A stretch of 39,253 nucleotides of DNA from positions 1 to 39,253 of the forward strand of contig QHPC01000016.1 of the NCBI GenBank assembly GCA_003218915.1, read 5' to 3'. The DNA is from Verrucomicrobiota bacterium (GTDB lineage: Bacteria > Verrucomicrobiota > Verrucomicrobiia > Chthoniobacterales > UBA10450). Positions within the stretch are counted from its first letter, which is position 1. Each line of letters starts with the position of its first letter. Both the position numbers and the translations under genes were made by a program. The notes under the pieces are model-generated. The model saw only the letters and a list, made by a program, of their open reading frames with translations, did not search any database and had not been told where the DNA came from. Of this stretch, positions 16,005-24,437 are shown piece after piece.

Positions 16005-16135
16005 ATCGGCCTTGATTTCTGCCGCGAATAAAATCGGCTGCGGATCTGTCGCTTTGGTATAAGGGAGGCAGCCGCGCCTTGCCTAACCGGCAGCGTTTGC
16101 TAGATACGCATTCACCTTCGCCAAGTTCCCAATTT

Positions 16136-16969
16136 ATGTCTGCTTACCGTTTGCTGTCCTTTGGCTTCGCCATGTTAACCTTTGCCCTTGGGCTTGGAGC
16201 GGAACCTACGCCAGCAAAGCGAGCTGCAGCAGCACGACAGATTCGAGCGACGCCGGAAGAACCGAGCATTACATTCAACTCTGTTCACGTCGACGGGCCT
16301 TACATCGCGATGACCTTTGACGACGGACCGAGTGCGACACTGACGCCAAAATTGCTCGATTTGCTGGCGACGCATCACATCAAGGCCACCTTCTTTGTGA
16401 TCGGCGAAAACGTCGCGGAACATCCGGAGATCGTGGCGCGAGCTGCGCGGGAAGGTCACGAAATTGCCAATCATAGTTGGTCACACCCCAATTTCGGCAA
16501 GATGTCGGACGAAAGCGTTCGCCGCCAACTCCAGCAAACCGACGATGCGATCAAGAGCGCCACAGGCAAGCGTCCCACGTTGCTGCGGCCGCCTTATGGA
16601 TCGATCACGGCCCGCGAGAAACGCTGGATTCACGACGAATTCGGCTACGACATCATTCTTTGGGACGTCGACCCGTATGATTGGAAACGTCCCGGCCCGG
16701 CCGTGGTCCGAGCTCGCATTCTTAAAGAGACTCGGCCAGGCTCGATCGTGTTATCTCACGACATTCACCCGGGAACGATCGAGGCGATGCCTTCAACTTT
16801 TGATGAGCTCGAGGCAAAAGGGTTCAAATTCGTCACGGTATCAGAGCTAATTCGGATGGCGGCAGCTCGACCCTCCCATTCGAGTCCTCAACCCGACGGA
16901 AACGTTCCACCGAGCGAAATTGGATCCCCATCGCCGACTCCGTCGCCAGCGTCCTCGCCAGGCGGTTAG
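16136..16969 (+). CDS. Polysaccharide deacetylase (NodB homology domain, CE4) with a Pro/Ser-rich C-terminal tail
   Basis: TFDDGP, HSWSHP, LLRPPYG and VLSHD motifs, with an N-terminal signal/anchor. I chose the ATG at 16136. Confidence 0.88.
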   Translation: MSAYRLLSFGFAMLTFALGLGAEPTPAKRAAAARQIRATPEEPSITFNSVHVDGPYIAMTFDDGPSATLTPKLLDLLATHHIKATFFVIGENVAEHPEIVARAAREGHEIANHSWSHPNFGKMSDESVRRQLQQTDDAIKSATGKRPTLLRPPYGSITAREKRWIHDEFGYDIILWDVDPYDWKRPGPAVVRARILKETRPGSIVLSHDIHPGTIEAMPSTFDELEAKGFKFVTVSELIRMAAARPSHSSPQPDGNVPPSEIGSPSPTPSPASSPGG

Positions 16970-16985
16970 GCGGGCGTCTTGGAGT

Positions 16986-17825
16986 TTACTTCTTTGCGGC
17001 GCCAAGACCGCGATCTGCCATTCGTTGCTCGTTCTGACGACGCGCGATGACAAAGTGGTTATTTTCGCCATAGCTGCGCCACGGCCCCGGGGGCACATCG
17101 CGAACTTCGACGAACTGCCAATCGGTCACGTCAGTTGGCGCAAGTCCCAGGTAATCACGCACGGCCGGAGAAACATCCAGCCCGGCACCGTGGTTAAGGT
17201 TTGGCTTGGGGCGCTCGTTTCCAAAGACGTACTGAAAATGGTCTGTGCGAAACGGACCACAATCCTCCCATTGCGCATAACAGGTCCGATTGCCTTTACG
17301 AATCGCAATCCAGCGGTCTCGGCAAACTGATTGCCCCGGTCCCCTATACTCATGTTTAAACCACGGAATCACCAGCGGGGCTTCCGGTTTGAACTGACCA
17401 TGCGTTACATCGTTGTACGGCAACGCACAGTAAAAGGGATTTTGCTTGGGAATAAAGGCTATTGGAATGTAGTTGCGCCGTGCACCGGCGTCAGGGGTAT
17501 CGGTTCCGCCATAATTCTCCGACCAATTAAAGTCCCAGGAACTTTTGTAGTTTGGAACCGGATTGTTGCCTCCGGCTTGTTCTCCAACCCAAAACACCGT
17601 GGTCACGATATTGGTCTTCCACGGATAACGCTGAACCGCAGGACGCGAGCTGGTCGGAATAAAAACCTGCGGCTCTACTTTGAGCAGTGCCTGCTCCCGA
17701 AGTTTCATTGCGTACTTCGCGAAGTCGGCCGCCGTGGCATAAGGGGAAGTGGATTGCTCGTCCCCGAAAATTTTCGGGGCGCCGGCAATCGCGAGAATGG
17801 CACAAGCCGCAAGAAGTCTCCTCAT
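16986..17825 (-). CDS. Secreted protein of unknown function, possibly with an RlpA-like double-psi beta-barrel
   Basis: The signal peptide is MRRLLAACAILAIAGAP. It is rich in Trp and Cys. The segment RWIAIRKGNRTCYAQWEDCGPF...GAGLDVSPAVRDYLGL resembles the RlpA/DPBB pattern (..NG.s..v.v.DrGPf...iDLS.aA...LG). The fold assignment is a guess. Confidence 0.6.
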   Translation of the reverse strand: MRRLLAACAILAIAGAPKIFGDEQSTSPYATAADFAKYAMKLREQALLKVEPQVFIPTSSRPAVQRYPWKTNIVTTVFWVGEQAGGNNPVPNYKSSWDFNWSENYGGTDTPDAGARRNYIPIAFIPKQNPFYCALPYNDVTHGQFKPEAPLVIPWFKHEYRGPGQSVCRDRWIAIRKGNRTCYAQWEDCGPFRTDHFQYVFGNERPKPNLNHGAGLDVSPAVRDYLGLAPTDVTDWQFVEVRDVPPGPWRSYGENNHFVIARRQNEQRMADRGLGAAKK

Positions 17826-17910
17826 CTTCAAAACGCCGCCATCTTCTATCTGATTTTGCGCTCTTAAGCAAGGCGAATTTCCATCCGATAGCGGCCCCGA
17901 TATCACTGGT

Positions 17911-19503
17911 TTAATCGCGGCTCAGCACGGTGGCGCTCTTGAATTGACGATCGTCCCGCCCTGGATGGTCTAGGGTATAGTGAAGCCCGCGGCTTTCTTT
18001 ACGGCATAGCGCCGAATCGACTATCAAGGCGGCTACTGCCGCCAGGTTGCGCAACTCCAGCAGATCAACCGATACCTTGAAATTCCAATAGAACTCACGA
18101 ATCTCGCGTTGGAGATTTCGCAGCCGGGCACTGGCGCGCTGCAGCCGCTTGTCCGTGCGCACGATTCCCACGTAATCCCACATCAAGCGTCTGATCTCAT
18201 CCCAATTGTGGTAGATCACAACCAGTTCGTCTACGTCCTGCACGTTTCCCGATTTCCATTCCGGTAACGGAACGTTGTGCTTCGAGCCGCGTCGCGTTCG
18301 CACAGCCGCGGCCGCCGCGCGATGCGCCACCACTAAACCTTCCAACAGCGAGTTGCTCGCGAGCCGATTCGCGCCGTGCAACCCAGTGCACGCGACTTCG
18401 CCAATCGCATAAAGCCCCTGCAAACTCGCCGCGCCATTCACGTCCGTTTTGATTCCGCCGCATTGATAATGCGCAGCGGGCACTACCGGAATTGCCTGCT
18501 TCGACATGTCGATCCCAAACCGCAGGCAGGTCTGATAAATGTGCGGGAAACGCTCCTGAATGAATTCCGGCGATCTGTGCGTGACATCCAAAAACACACA
18601 CTTGGTGCCCGAGCGCTTGATTTCCGCGTCAATTGCGCGCGCTACGATATCGCGCGGCGCCAGTGAACCGCGCACGTCGTAGCGCTTCATAAAATCTTCG
18701 CCGCGATTGTTACGCAAGATGCCTCCCTCACCACGCACCGCTTCTGAAATGAGAAACGATTTCGCCAGCGGATGAAACAGGCACGTGGGATGAAACTGGA
18801 TGAACTCCATATTGGAGATCTCAACGCCCGCGCGCCATGCCATCGCCACGCCGTCTCCGGTCGCAACGTCCGGATTGGTCGTATACAGATAAACCTTCCC
18901 GCAACCACCGGTCGCAAGCACGATCCGATCCGATCGAATGGTTTCAACCTCCCCGGTTTTTTCATTCAGAACGTAGACACCAAGACAGCGATCTTCTGCC
19001 GCGAAACCGAGCTTGGCCGCGGTGATCAAATCAACCGCCATGTGATTTTCCATTAGCTCGACGTGTGATTGCCGGCCCAGCTCGCGTAGCAAAGTATTTT
19101 CGATTTCCTTCCCGGTTACGTCTTGTACGTGGAGGACACGGCGCTTGGAATGACCGCCTTCTTTACCGAGATCAAGCTCACGATGTCCGGAAATCTCACG
19201 CTCATCGAACTGCAGACCGAGTTCTACGAGCTCGCGGATGCGTTCCGGACCTTCGGTGACAATTGTGCGCACAACCGCCTCGTCACACAGGCCAGCGCCA
19301 GCTTCGAGTGTGTCGCGCACGTGCAACTCGAACGAATCTTCATCGCTTGTTACGCAGGCGATCCCACCTTGTGCCCAGGCGGTATTTGTGTCGGAGCCTT
19401 TGCGTTTCGTTATAACAGCTACCGATCCGTGCTTTGCCGCTTTCAATGCAAAACTCAGGCCGGCGATGCCGCTGCCTATCACCACGAAATCGTATTCCTT
19501 CAT
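17911..19503 (-). CDS. nadB: L-aspartate oxidase
   Basis: The FAD fingerprint is DFVVIGSGIAGLS, with HPT, GGI.TD, ACTGLHGANRLASNSLLE and ESRG.HY motifs. Confidence 0.95.
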   Translation of the reverse strand: MKEYDFVVIGSGIAGLSFALKAAKHGSVAVITKRKGSDTNTAWAQGGIACVTSDEDSFELHVRDTLEAGAGLCDEAVVRTIVTEGPERIRELVELGLQFDEREISGHRELDLGKEGGHSKRRVLHVQDVTGKEIENTLLRELGRQSHVELMENHMAVDLITAAKLGFAAEDRCLGVYVLNEKTGEVETIRSDRIVLATGGCGKVYLYTTNPDVATGDGVAMAWRAGVEISNMEFIQFHPTCLFHPLAKSFLISEAVRGEGGILRNNRGEDFMKRYDVRGSLAPRDIVARAIDAEIKRSGTKCVFLDVTHRSPEFIQERFPHIYQTCLRFGIDMSKQAIPVVPAAHYQCGGIKTDVNGAASLQGLYAIGEVACTGLHGANRLASNSLLEGLVVAHRAAAAAVRTRRGSKHNVPLPEWKSGNVQDVDELVVIYHNWDEIRRLMWDYVGIVRTDKRLQRASARLRNLQREIREFYWNFKVSVDLLELRNLAAVAALIVDSALCRKESRGLHYTLDHPGRDDRQFKSATVLSRD

Positions 19504-20348
19504 CCCAACCGGATATTATCGATTAAGCGAGTTTTGCCGAAGGACACAGCAAGCGCGAGCAATGAATTTGGTCTGACCGTTTCAACGGGTTGCAAAGTTT
19601 CCGAATCAGCAACCTCCACGTAATCAATCCGAGCCAGCGGCGCTTCATCGATTACTTTGCTGACAAGATCGACAATTTCTCTCGCAGATTTGTTGCCGGC
19701 ATTTGCCGCTGCCAGCAAAGCCCTATGCAAAACTGGTGCCTGCTTCCGTTCTTCGATATTCAAATACTGATTGCGCGAACTGCATGCCAGGCCGTCTTCT
19801 TCGCGCATCGTAGGGACCGCAATGATGTCGGTCTTGAAATTGAGGTCGCGCACCATACGGCGGACGATGACTAATTGCTGAAAATCCTTCTCGCCAAACA
19901 AAGCGGCGTCCGGCGAAAGAATGTTGAATAACTTCGCAACGACCGTGCAAACACCGCGGAAATGCCTGGGGCGCGATTTGCCTTCCAGCCTATTTGAAAA
20001 AGAGGACTCCTCCACAAACACGGAGCGATCGTTAGCGTACATCTCCGCAACGCCGGGGCGGAACAAGAGATCGACGCCGGCATTTCGACAAAATTCTTCG
20101 TCCGTTTTTTCTAAGCGTGGATAGCGTTCGTAATCGCTTCCAGGTTCAAACTGAAGTGGATTAACAAATATGCTCAACGCCACCTCGCCATCGTGGCCAG
20201 CATGCTTGCGGGCGACACGGACCATTTCTCCATGCGCCTTGTGCAAAGCGCCCATCGTTGGAACAAGCACACGGCGTTTAGCCTGCGGCTGCGCCTGCGC
20301 CTCGGCGATGGTCGTAATGATCCGCATCTTGGAAACAGAGCTGCTCAT
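19500..20348 (-). CDS. panC: Pantoate--beta-alanine ligase
   Basis: VPTMGALHKAHGEMV, SIFVNPLQF, FGEKDFQQ and SSRN motifs. Its stop overlaps the nadB start (19500-19503). Confidence 0.93.
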   Translation of the reverse strand: MSSSVSKMRIITTIAEAQAQPQAKRRVLVPTMGALHKAHGEMVRVARKHAGHDGEVALSIFVNPLQFEPGSDYERYPRLEKTDEEFCRNAGVDLLFRPGVAEMYANDRSVFVEESSFSNRLEGKSRPRHFRGVCTVVAKLFNILSPDAALFGEKDFQQLVIVRRMVRDLNFKTDIIAVPTMREEDGLACSSRNQYLNIEERKQAPVLHRALLAAANAGNKSAREIVDLVSKVIDEAPLARIDYVEVADSETLQPVETVRPNSLLALAVSFGKTRLIDNIRLG

Positions 20349-20431
20349 GAACGCAAATATCCAGAGATTCCTTCCAGCCTTCGCATAAAGCTAAGGCGCA
20401 GCAAGCGACTTCGCGCGGAATGACAAATGGG

Positions 20432-21127
20432 TCACGCTGCTTCAAGCCAAATGGCTTGCCTGGCAAAGGGGAATTTCTTGTGACCAAAATTTTCCCATCC
20501 AGCGCGCAGAGCGAGATCACGCATCTCAGAAAAGGAGAACGCTCGAATGGCAGAGAGCCGTGCATCATAACGCGTCATCGCCTCGCGGAAAATCAGCGTA
20601 GTCAAGACGTAAACCCCTGCGATCAGAGAAAAACTACGTCGCAAGTCCGACACCAGGACAAATCTTTTGGATACCTGGCAACATCTGCGCAGAAGCCGCA
20701 CCGCATCCTCGTTGCTGAAATGGTGAAGCGCCAGCGTGCAAAGCGCGATGTCGTATGCTTGAACGGAGTTCCATTCGAGAATGTCGGCTTCGCGATAGGA
20801 AATCTCCGGATAATCGGCGCTCAGTCGTTGGGCGATTTCCAATGTGGCAGGCTGGCGATCCAGGGCATCGATCTCCACCCTGGCGCGAATCTTTCGCGCA
20901 TAATCGACAATCAATCGGGGGATATCGCCTGAGCCCGTTGCCAGATCGACGACGCGCAATTTGTCACCCGGTTTAATCCAGTTGCGAATAAAACCCAACG
21001 CAAGGCGATAGCTTCCGAACCAGCGATTCAATTGCCGAATACGTTCCAGATCGCGCTCCAGCTCGGCAGACACCGGCTGCTCCCGATCCATCATCTCCAG
21101 CACGGCCGGATCGAAACTTCGCTTCAT
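20432..21127 (-). CDS. Class I SAM-dependent methyltransferase
   Basis: Motif I is VVDLATGSGDIPR, with downstream LHHF-type motifs. Confidence 0.75.
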   Translation of the reverse strand: MKRSFDPAVLEMMDREQPVSAELERDLERIRQLNRWFGSYRLALGFIRNWIKPGDKLRVVDLATGSGDIPRLIVDYARKIRARVEIDALDRQPATLEIAQRLSADYPEISYREADILEWNSVQAYDIALCTLALHHFSNEDAVRLLRRCCQVSKRFVLVSDLRRSFSLIAGVYVLTTLIFREAMTRYDARLSAIRAFSFSEMRDLALRAGWENFGHKKFPFARQAIWLEAA

Positions 21128-21184
21128 TTACAGAAAGGCCCCCTAGAGCGGCGTAAAGCTCAATACAACAGTTATCGACCGCCG

Positions 21185-21931
21185 CTACAGCGATAGGAAT
21201 TTTCGCCACGATTCCGGCAGCGCGGCGGTCTCGACCTCACTCGCAATGCGCCCTTCGAATTCAGGACGGAAAACCATGCTCGTCCCGTAAGTCATGATCA
21301 CGTCTTCTGTGCCTTCAACGCGAATGGCGTGCGCCACACCCGGTGGAATTATGACGCCGACATTGTTATTACTGCGATGATTGTCGCCATCCACAAAGAA
21401 CCGCATCGTTCGCCGCGGTAATCCGGCGCGGATGTCGTACAGGATTATTTCGACGCGGCCCTGAATGAAAAACATCACGTCCCATTGTTCTTTGTCATAG
21501 CTCCGCACTGAATAATTATCCGGCCCATCGATATACAATCGGCGCAACCAATCCACTGCATCAGCGTCTTCTGGAATGCTCGGCGGATGCACATGAAAAC
21601 CCTTGGCAGTTCCCGAAAACATCCGAGCAGCCGACCATTGCCTGGGCCAGAGGCCAATCCGCGCGAGAATGCCTTCGTCGCGCCGCACAAATTCCCCAAA
21701 AAGTCCACGGTGCCGCTGCGGGTGAACTTTTCGGGCGAAAATTTCCACGCCTGGAATCCACGCGTCCTTAATCTCGCGCTGGCCGCGATCCGCAGCGGCG
21801 AGGTCGCCGGCGTCTACGCCGCGTTGTGAAAGCTCCTGGGTGAAGGATGCAGCGCGGTAATCTCGCGTGTTTAGACTCTTTCGCACGCCAACGTCGATAC
21901 CTTCCCACAGATTTATTTCGCGCTTACTCAT
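21185..21931 (-). CDS. RmlC-like cupin (dTDP-sugar 3,5-epimerase/isomerase-like)
   Basis: IPGVEIF...RGLFGEF, AKGFHVHP and IPPGVAHA form a cupin pattern. It is longer than canonical RmlC. Its context is glycan biosynthesis. Confidence 0.55.
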   Translation of the reverse strand: MSKREINLWEGIDVGVRKSLNTRDYRAASFTQELSQRGVDAGDLAAADRGQREIKDAWIPGVEIFARKVHPQRHRGLFGEFVRRDEGILARIGLWPRQWSAARMFSGTAKGFHVHPPSIPEDADAVDWLRRLYIDGPDNYSVRSYDKEQWDVMFFIQGRVEIILYDIRAGLPRRTMRFFVDGDNHRSNNNVGVIIPPGVAHAIRVEGTEDVIMTYGTSMVFRPEFEGRIASEVETAALPESWRKFLSL

Positions 21932-21937
21932 TTCGAT

Positions 21938-24367
21938 TCAGCCAATGTTTAATTTGCCTAGCGAGAAATCGGCCCGTTCGCGAGAAAGATTTGGATTGTA
22001 ATAAGGATCACTCTGTAAAACGTCCGCCCAACGCTCGCGCATAATCGCCTCACCCTTCACGTCGATCTCATCTGATGGCACTTCATGCCAGCAAAGTTTT
22101 GCAAACGGAGTGTAAACAATCAAATAACCCGCTTGCCGCATTTTCAGGCAAAGATCAACATCGGCCAACGTGCCTCGCAAACTTGCATCGAATCCGCCCG
22201 TTTGCTGAAGAACCTCACGCCGCGTGAGCATACACGAGCTCGAGACAGCGCTGCAGTTTCGTGTCACCTGCAACTGGCGATTCGCGCCGGGATGTTCTGC
22301 CGGAAAAGCATGAAACGCGGGTTGCGCAGTGTGATTGACACCCACGACTGTTCCCGCCTGTTCAATAATGCCCGTCGGACTTAGCAATCGCGGCCCGACG
22401 GCTCCGACTTCGCCTCGCTGGATATGCTCGGCCATGATTGTCAGCCAATCCGGTTCGATCGGTTCGATGCTGTCATCCATGAAAAGAATCCATGGGTCGT
22501 TGGTTTTGTTTACCGCGAAATTCTTTACCGCGGAGTCATTGGCCTCCCCTGGGAAACGCAGCAAACGATGGGGGAAACGCGATAAAAAATTCGATGCGCC
22601 GTGGCTTTTATCGTCTTGAACGATCACGATCTCATAATTCGGGTAACTTGTTCCGCTCGTCAGGCTCTCGATGCATCGCTTGAGGGATTCGAGACCGTGG
22701 CGACTCCAAACGATCACTGAAATTTTCTTCGGTTCCGACAGTCTGCGTCTGACCCAGAAGGCGTGGGTGCGCCAGTCTACAGCGACGCGAGCCGGCTCGC
22801 CGCGGCGCTTCAGGTGATCTTCAATCGCGAGCCGCGACGCTTCGAGTTGTTCCGGTTTTTGACGAACGCTGATCGCGCTGGAGCTTTGGGATCGCCTCCA
22901 ATGATATAGGATTCGAGAGATATGATGAATTCGCTTGGCTTGCTCGATCACGCGAAAGAACAGGTCATAATCCTGTGCACTATCAAATTGTGAACGGAAG
23001 CCGCCGGCCTTCTGCACGATATCGCGGCGCACTGCGGTTAAATGGCCAACGTAATTGTAAGAAAGGAAAAAATCGGGCGACCAATCTGGCTTAAACAAAG
23101 GAGCCTCGAAACCGTCTTCGCCGAGCTTGTCTTCATCGGAATAAATCAGATCAGCATCCGGATGGGTCTGCAACAGTTTCACAACCTGGAAAAGCGCATC
23201 GGGTTCGATGACGTCGTCATGATCGAGAAAAGTGACCCACTCCCCACAGGCGAGTGCTAGTCCCTGATTCGATGCTGCCGAAATGCCTTCATGTTTTCCG
23301 AGGTTTTTCAATATGATGCGCCGATCGCGAGCGGCGAGTACAGGGAGCGCACGGAACAACTCGCGGTCGCTCGATCCATCGTCAATCAACAGGAGCTCCC
23401 AGTTTTCATATGCTTGCGCGATTACTGATTCAATTGCTTCCTCAAGCCGTTGCACAGGAGTGTCGAACACCGGCGTGATGACGCTAATGAGCGGCTTCGA
23501 ACCAAACGCACGCGATTCGCTTCGCATTTGCTCAAGCTCATGAGTATTTGCGCGGTGCCGCTCGAACCATTCCTGGTATTCGCTTGAGGCAACAGAACGG
23601 CGACGTTCGCGTCCGGGTCGATGGAGCTTTGTCCAAATCGTCTTCGCCAGTTTTTCCGGAGAACGATATGGCGCGAGCAATATCTGGCCCACGCGGCGCT
23701 CAGGCGATTTCCGCAGAGTTTGCTTCTGCTCTTTCAGCAATTTCAACTCGCGCCGGTATTCTTTGAGTTTGAGCAATTTTTCCTCCAGTGCGGCGATATG
23801 TCGGTGCGCGCCTTCTAATTCCGAGGCGCGGACTTGAAGCGATCGCTTCAAGTCGCCCAACGCTCGGTTGAACCTGGCAAAAGCCGTCTCCAATTTCGGC
23901 CTTAGTTCGCCAGCATCTGCGCTTGGTAAGTGCCGAAGACATACGGCTGCAGGATCCAACTCCATCAGGTCGCATTCGTAATCAGGAAGTAGTCCGAAGC
24001 GCTCGAAACACTGAACCAGGCGCGGCCGGCGCGTGGCAGCGTCCGCGCCGGGACAAGGAACAAGCACAATGTTCGCTGCACAATGCGACAGCGTTTCCAC
24101 CATGCGATCGTCATCGTTGTCTCCTGACGGATAAAACCAAACTCCGGCCTCAAAACGTGCCGCGGCCTCACCCTGCCCCAGCTTCGTCATCAGATCACCG
24201 GGAGACCACATGAGGACAGCGTCTCTCTTCACTTCAGCAAACTGGCGCTCGAGTTCCTGAGAGCTCGCCCCGACGATGATAAATCGGCCGTGTACGAACT
24301 TTCGCGAAATTATACGCGCGAAATCGGCGTCGGAGGAATGGGAAGAGGTTGGCAACACCGCGCACAT
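21938..24367 (-). CDS. Large multidomain glycosyltransferase: N-terminal unknown domain, coiled coil, then two GT2 domains
   Basis: GT2-1 is ISVITPVFDTP...LLLIDDGSSD...FLDHDD. GT2-2 is ISVIVWSRHGLESLKRCIESL...FMDD...GGFD. The coiled coil is at about aa 158-220 (LGDLKRSLQVRASELEGAHRHIAALEEKLLKLKEYRRELKLLKEQKQ). Confidence 0.88.
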   Translation of the reverse strand: MCAVLPTSSHSSDADFARIISRKFVHGRFIIVGASSQELERQFAEVKRDAVLMWSPGDLMTKLGQGEAAARFEAGVWFYPSGDNDDDRMVETLSHCAANIVLVPCPGADAATRRPRLVQCFERFGLLPDYECDLMELDPAAVCLRHLPSADAGELRPKLETAFARFNRALGDLKRSLQVRASELEGAHRHIAALEEKLLKLKEYRRELKLLKEQKQTLRKSPERRVGQILLAPYRSPEKLAKTIWTKLHRPGRERRRSVASSEYQEWFERHRANTHELEQMRSESRAFGSKPLISVITPVFDTPVQRLEEAIESVIAQAYENWELLLIDDGSSDRELFRALPVLAARDRRIILKNLGKHEGISAASNQGLALACGEWVTFLDHDDVIEPDALFQVVKLLQTHPDADLIYSDEDKLGEDGFEAPLFKPDWSPDFFLSYNYVGHLTAVRRDIVQKAGGFRSQFDSAQDYDLFFRVIEQAKRIHHISRILYHWRRSQSSSAISVRQKPEQLEASRLAIEDHLKRRGEPARVAVDWRTHAFWVRRRLSEPKKISVIVWSRHGLESLKRCIESLTSGTSYPNYEIVIVQDDKSHGASNFLSRFPHRLLRFPGEANDSAVKNFAVNKTNDPWILFMDDSIEPIEPDWLTIMAEHIQRGEVGAVGPRLLSPTGIIEQAGTVVGVNHTAQPAFHAFPAEHPGANRQLQVTRNCSAVSSSCMLTRREVLQQTGGFDASLRGTLADVDLCLKMRQAGYLIVYTPFAKLCWHEVPSDEIDVKGEAIMRERWADVLQSDPYYNPNLSRERADFSLGKLNIG

Positions 24368-24385
24368 TATATTGGTTGAAGCAGA

Positions 24386-24408
24386 CCGCAGGCAAATCTA
24401 CCCTGCGG
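24386..24408. promoter_or_regulatory. 7-bp perfect inverted repeat (CCGCAGG-N9-CCTGCGG) in the 70-bp divergent promoter region
   Basis: Read directly: ccgcagg (24386-24392), caaatctac, cctgcgg (24402-24408). It lies between the GT2 gene start (24367) and the LpxL-WaaF start (24438). Confidence 0.3.
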
Positions 24409-24437
24409 CGCCGCGCTGCGATACTGGCTGTCCTGCA

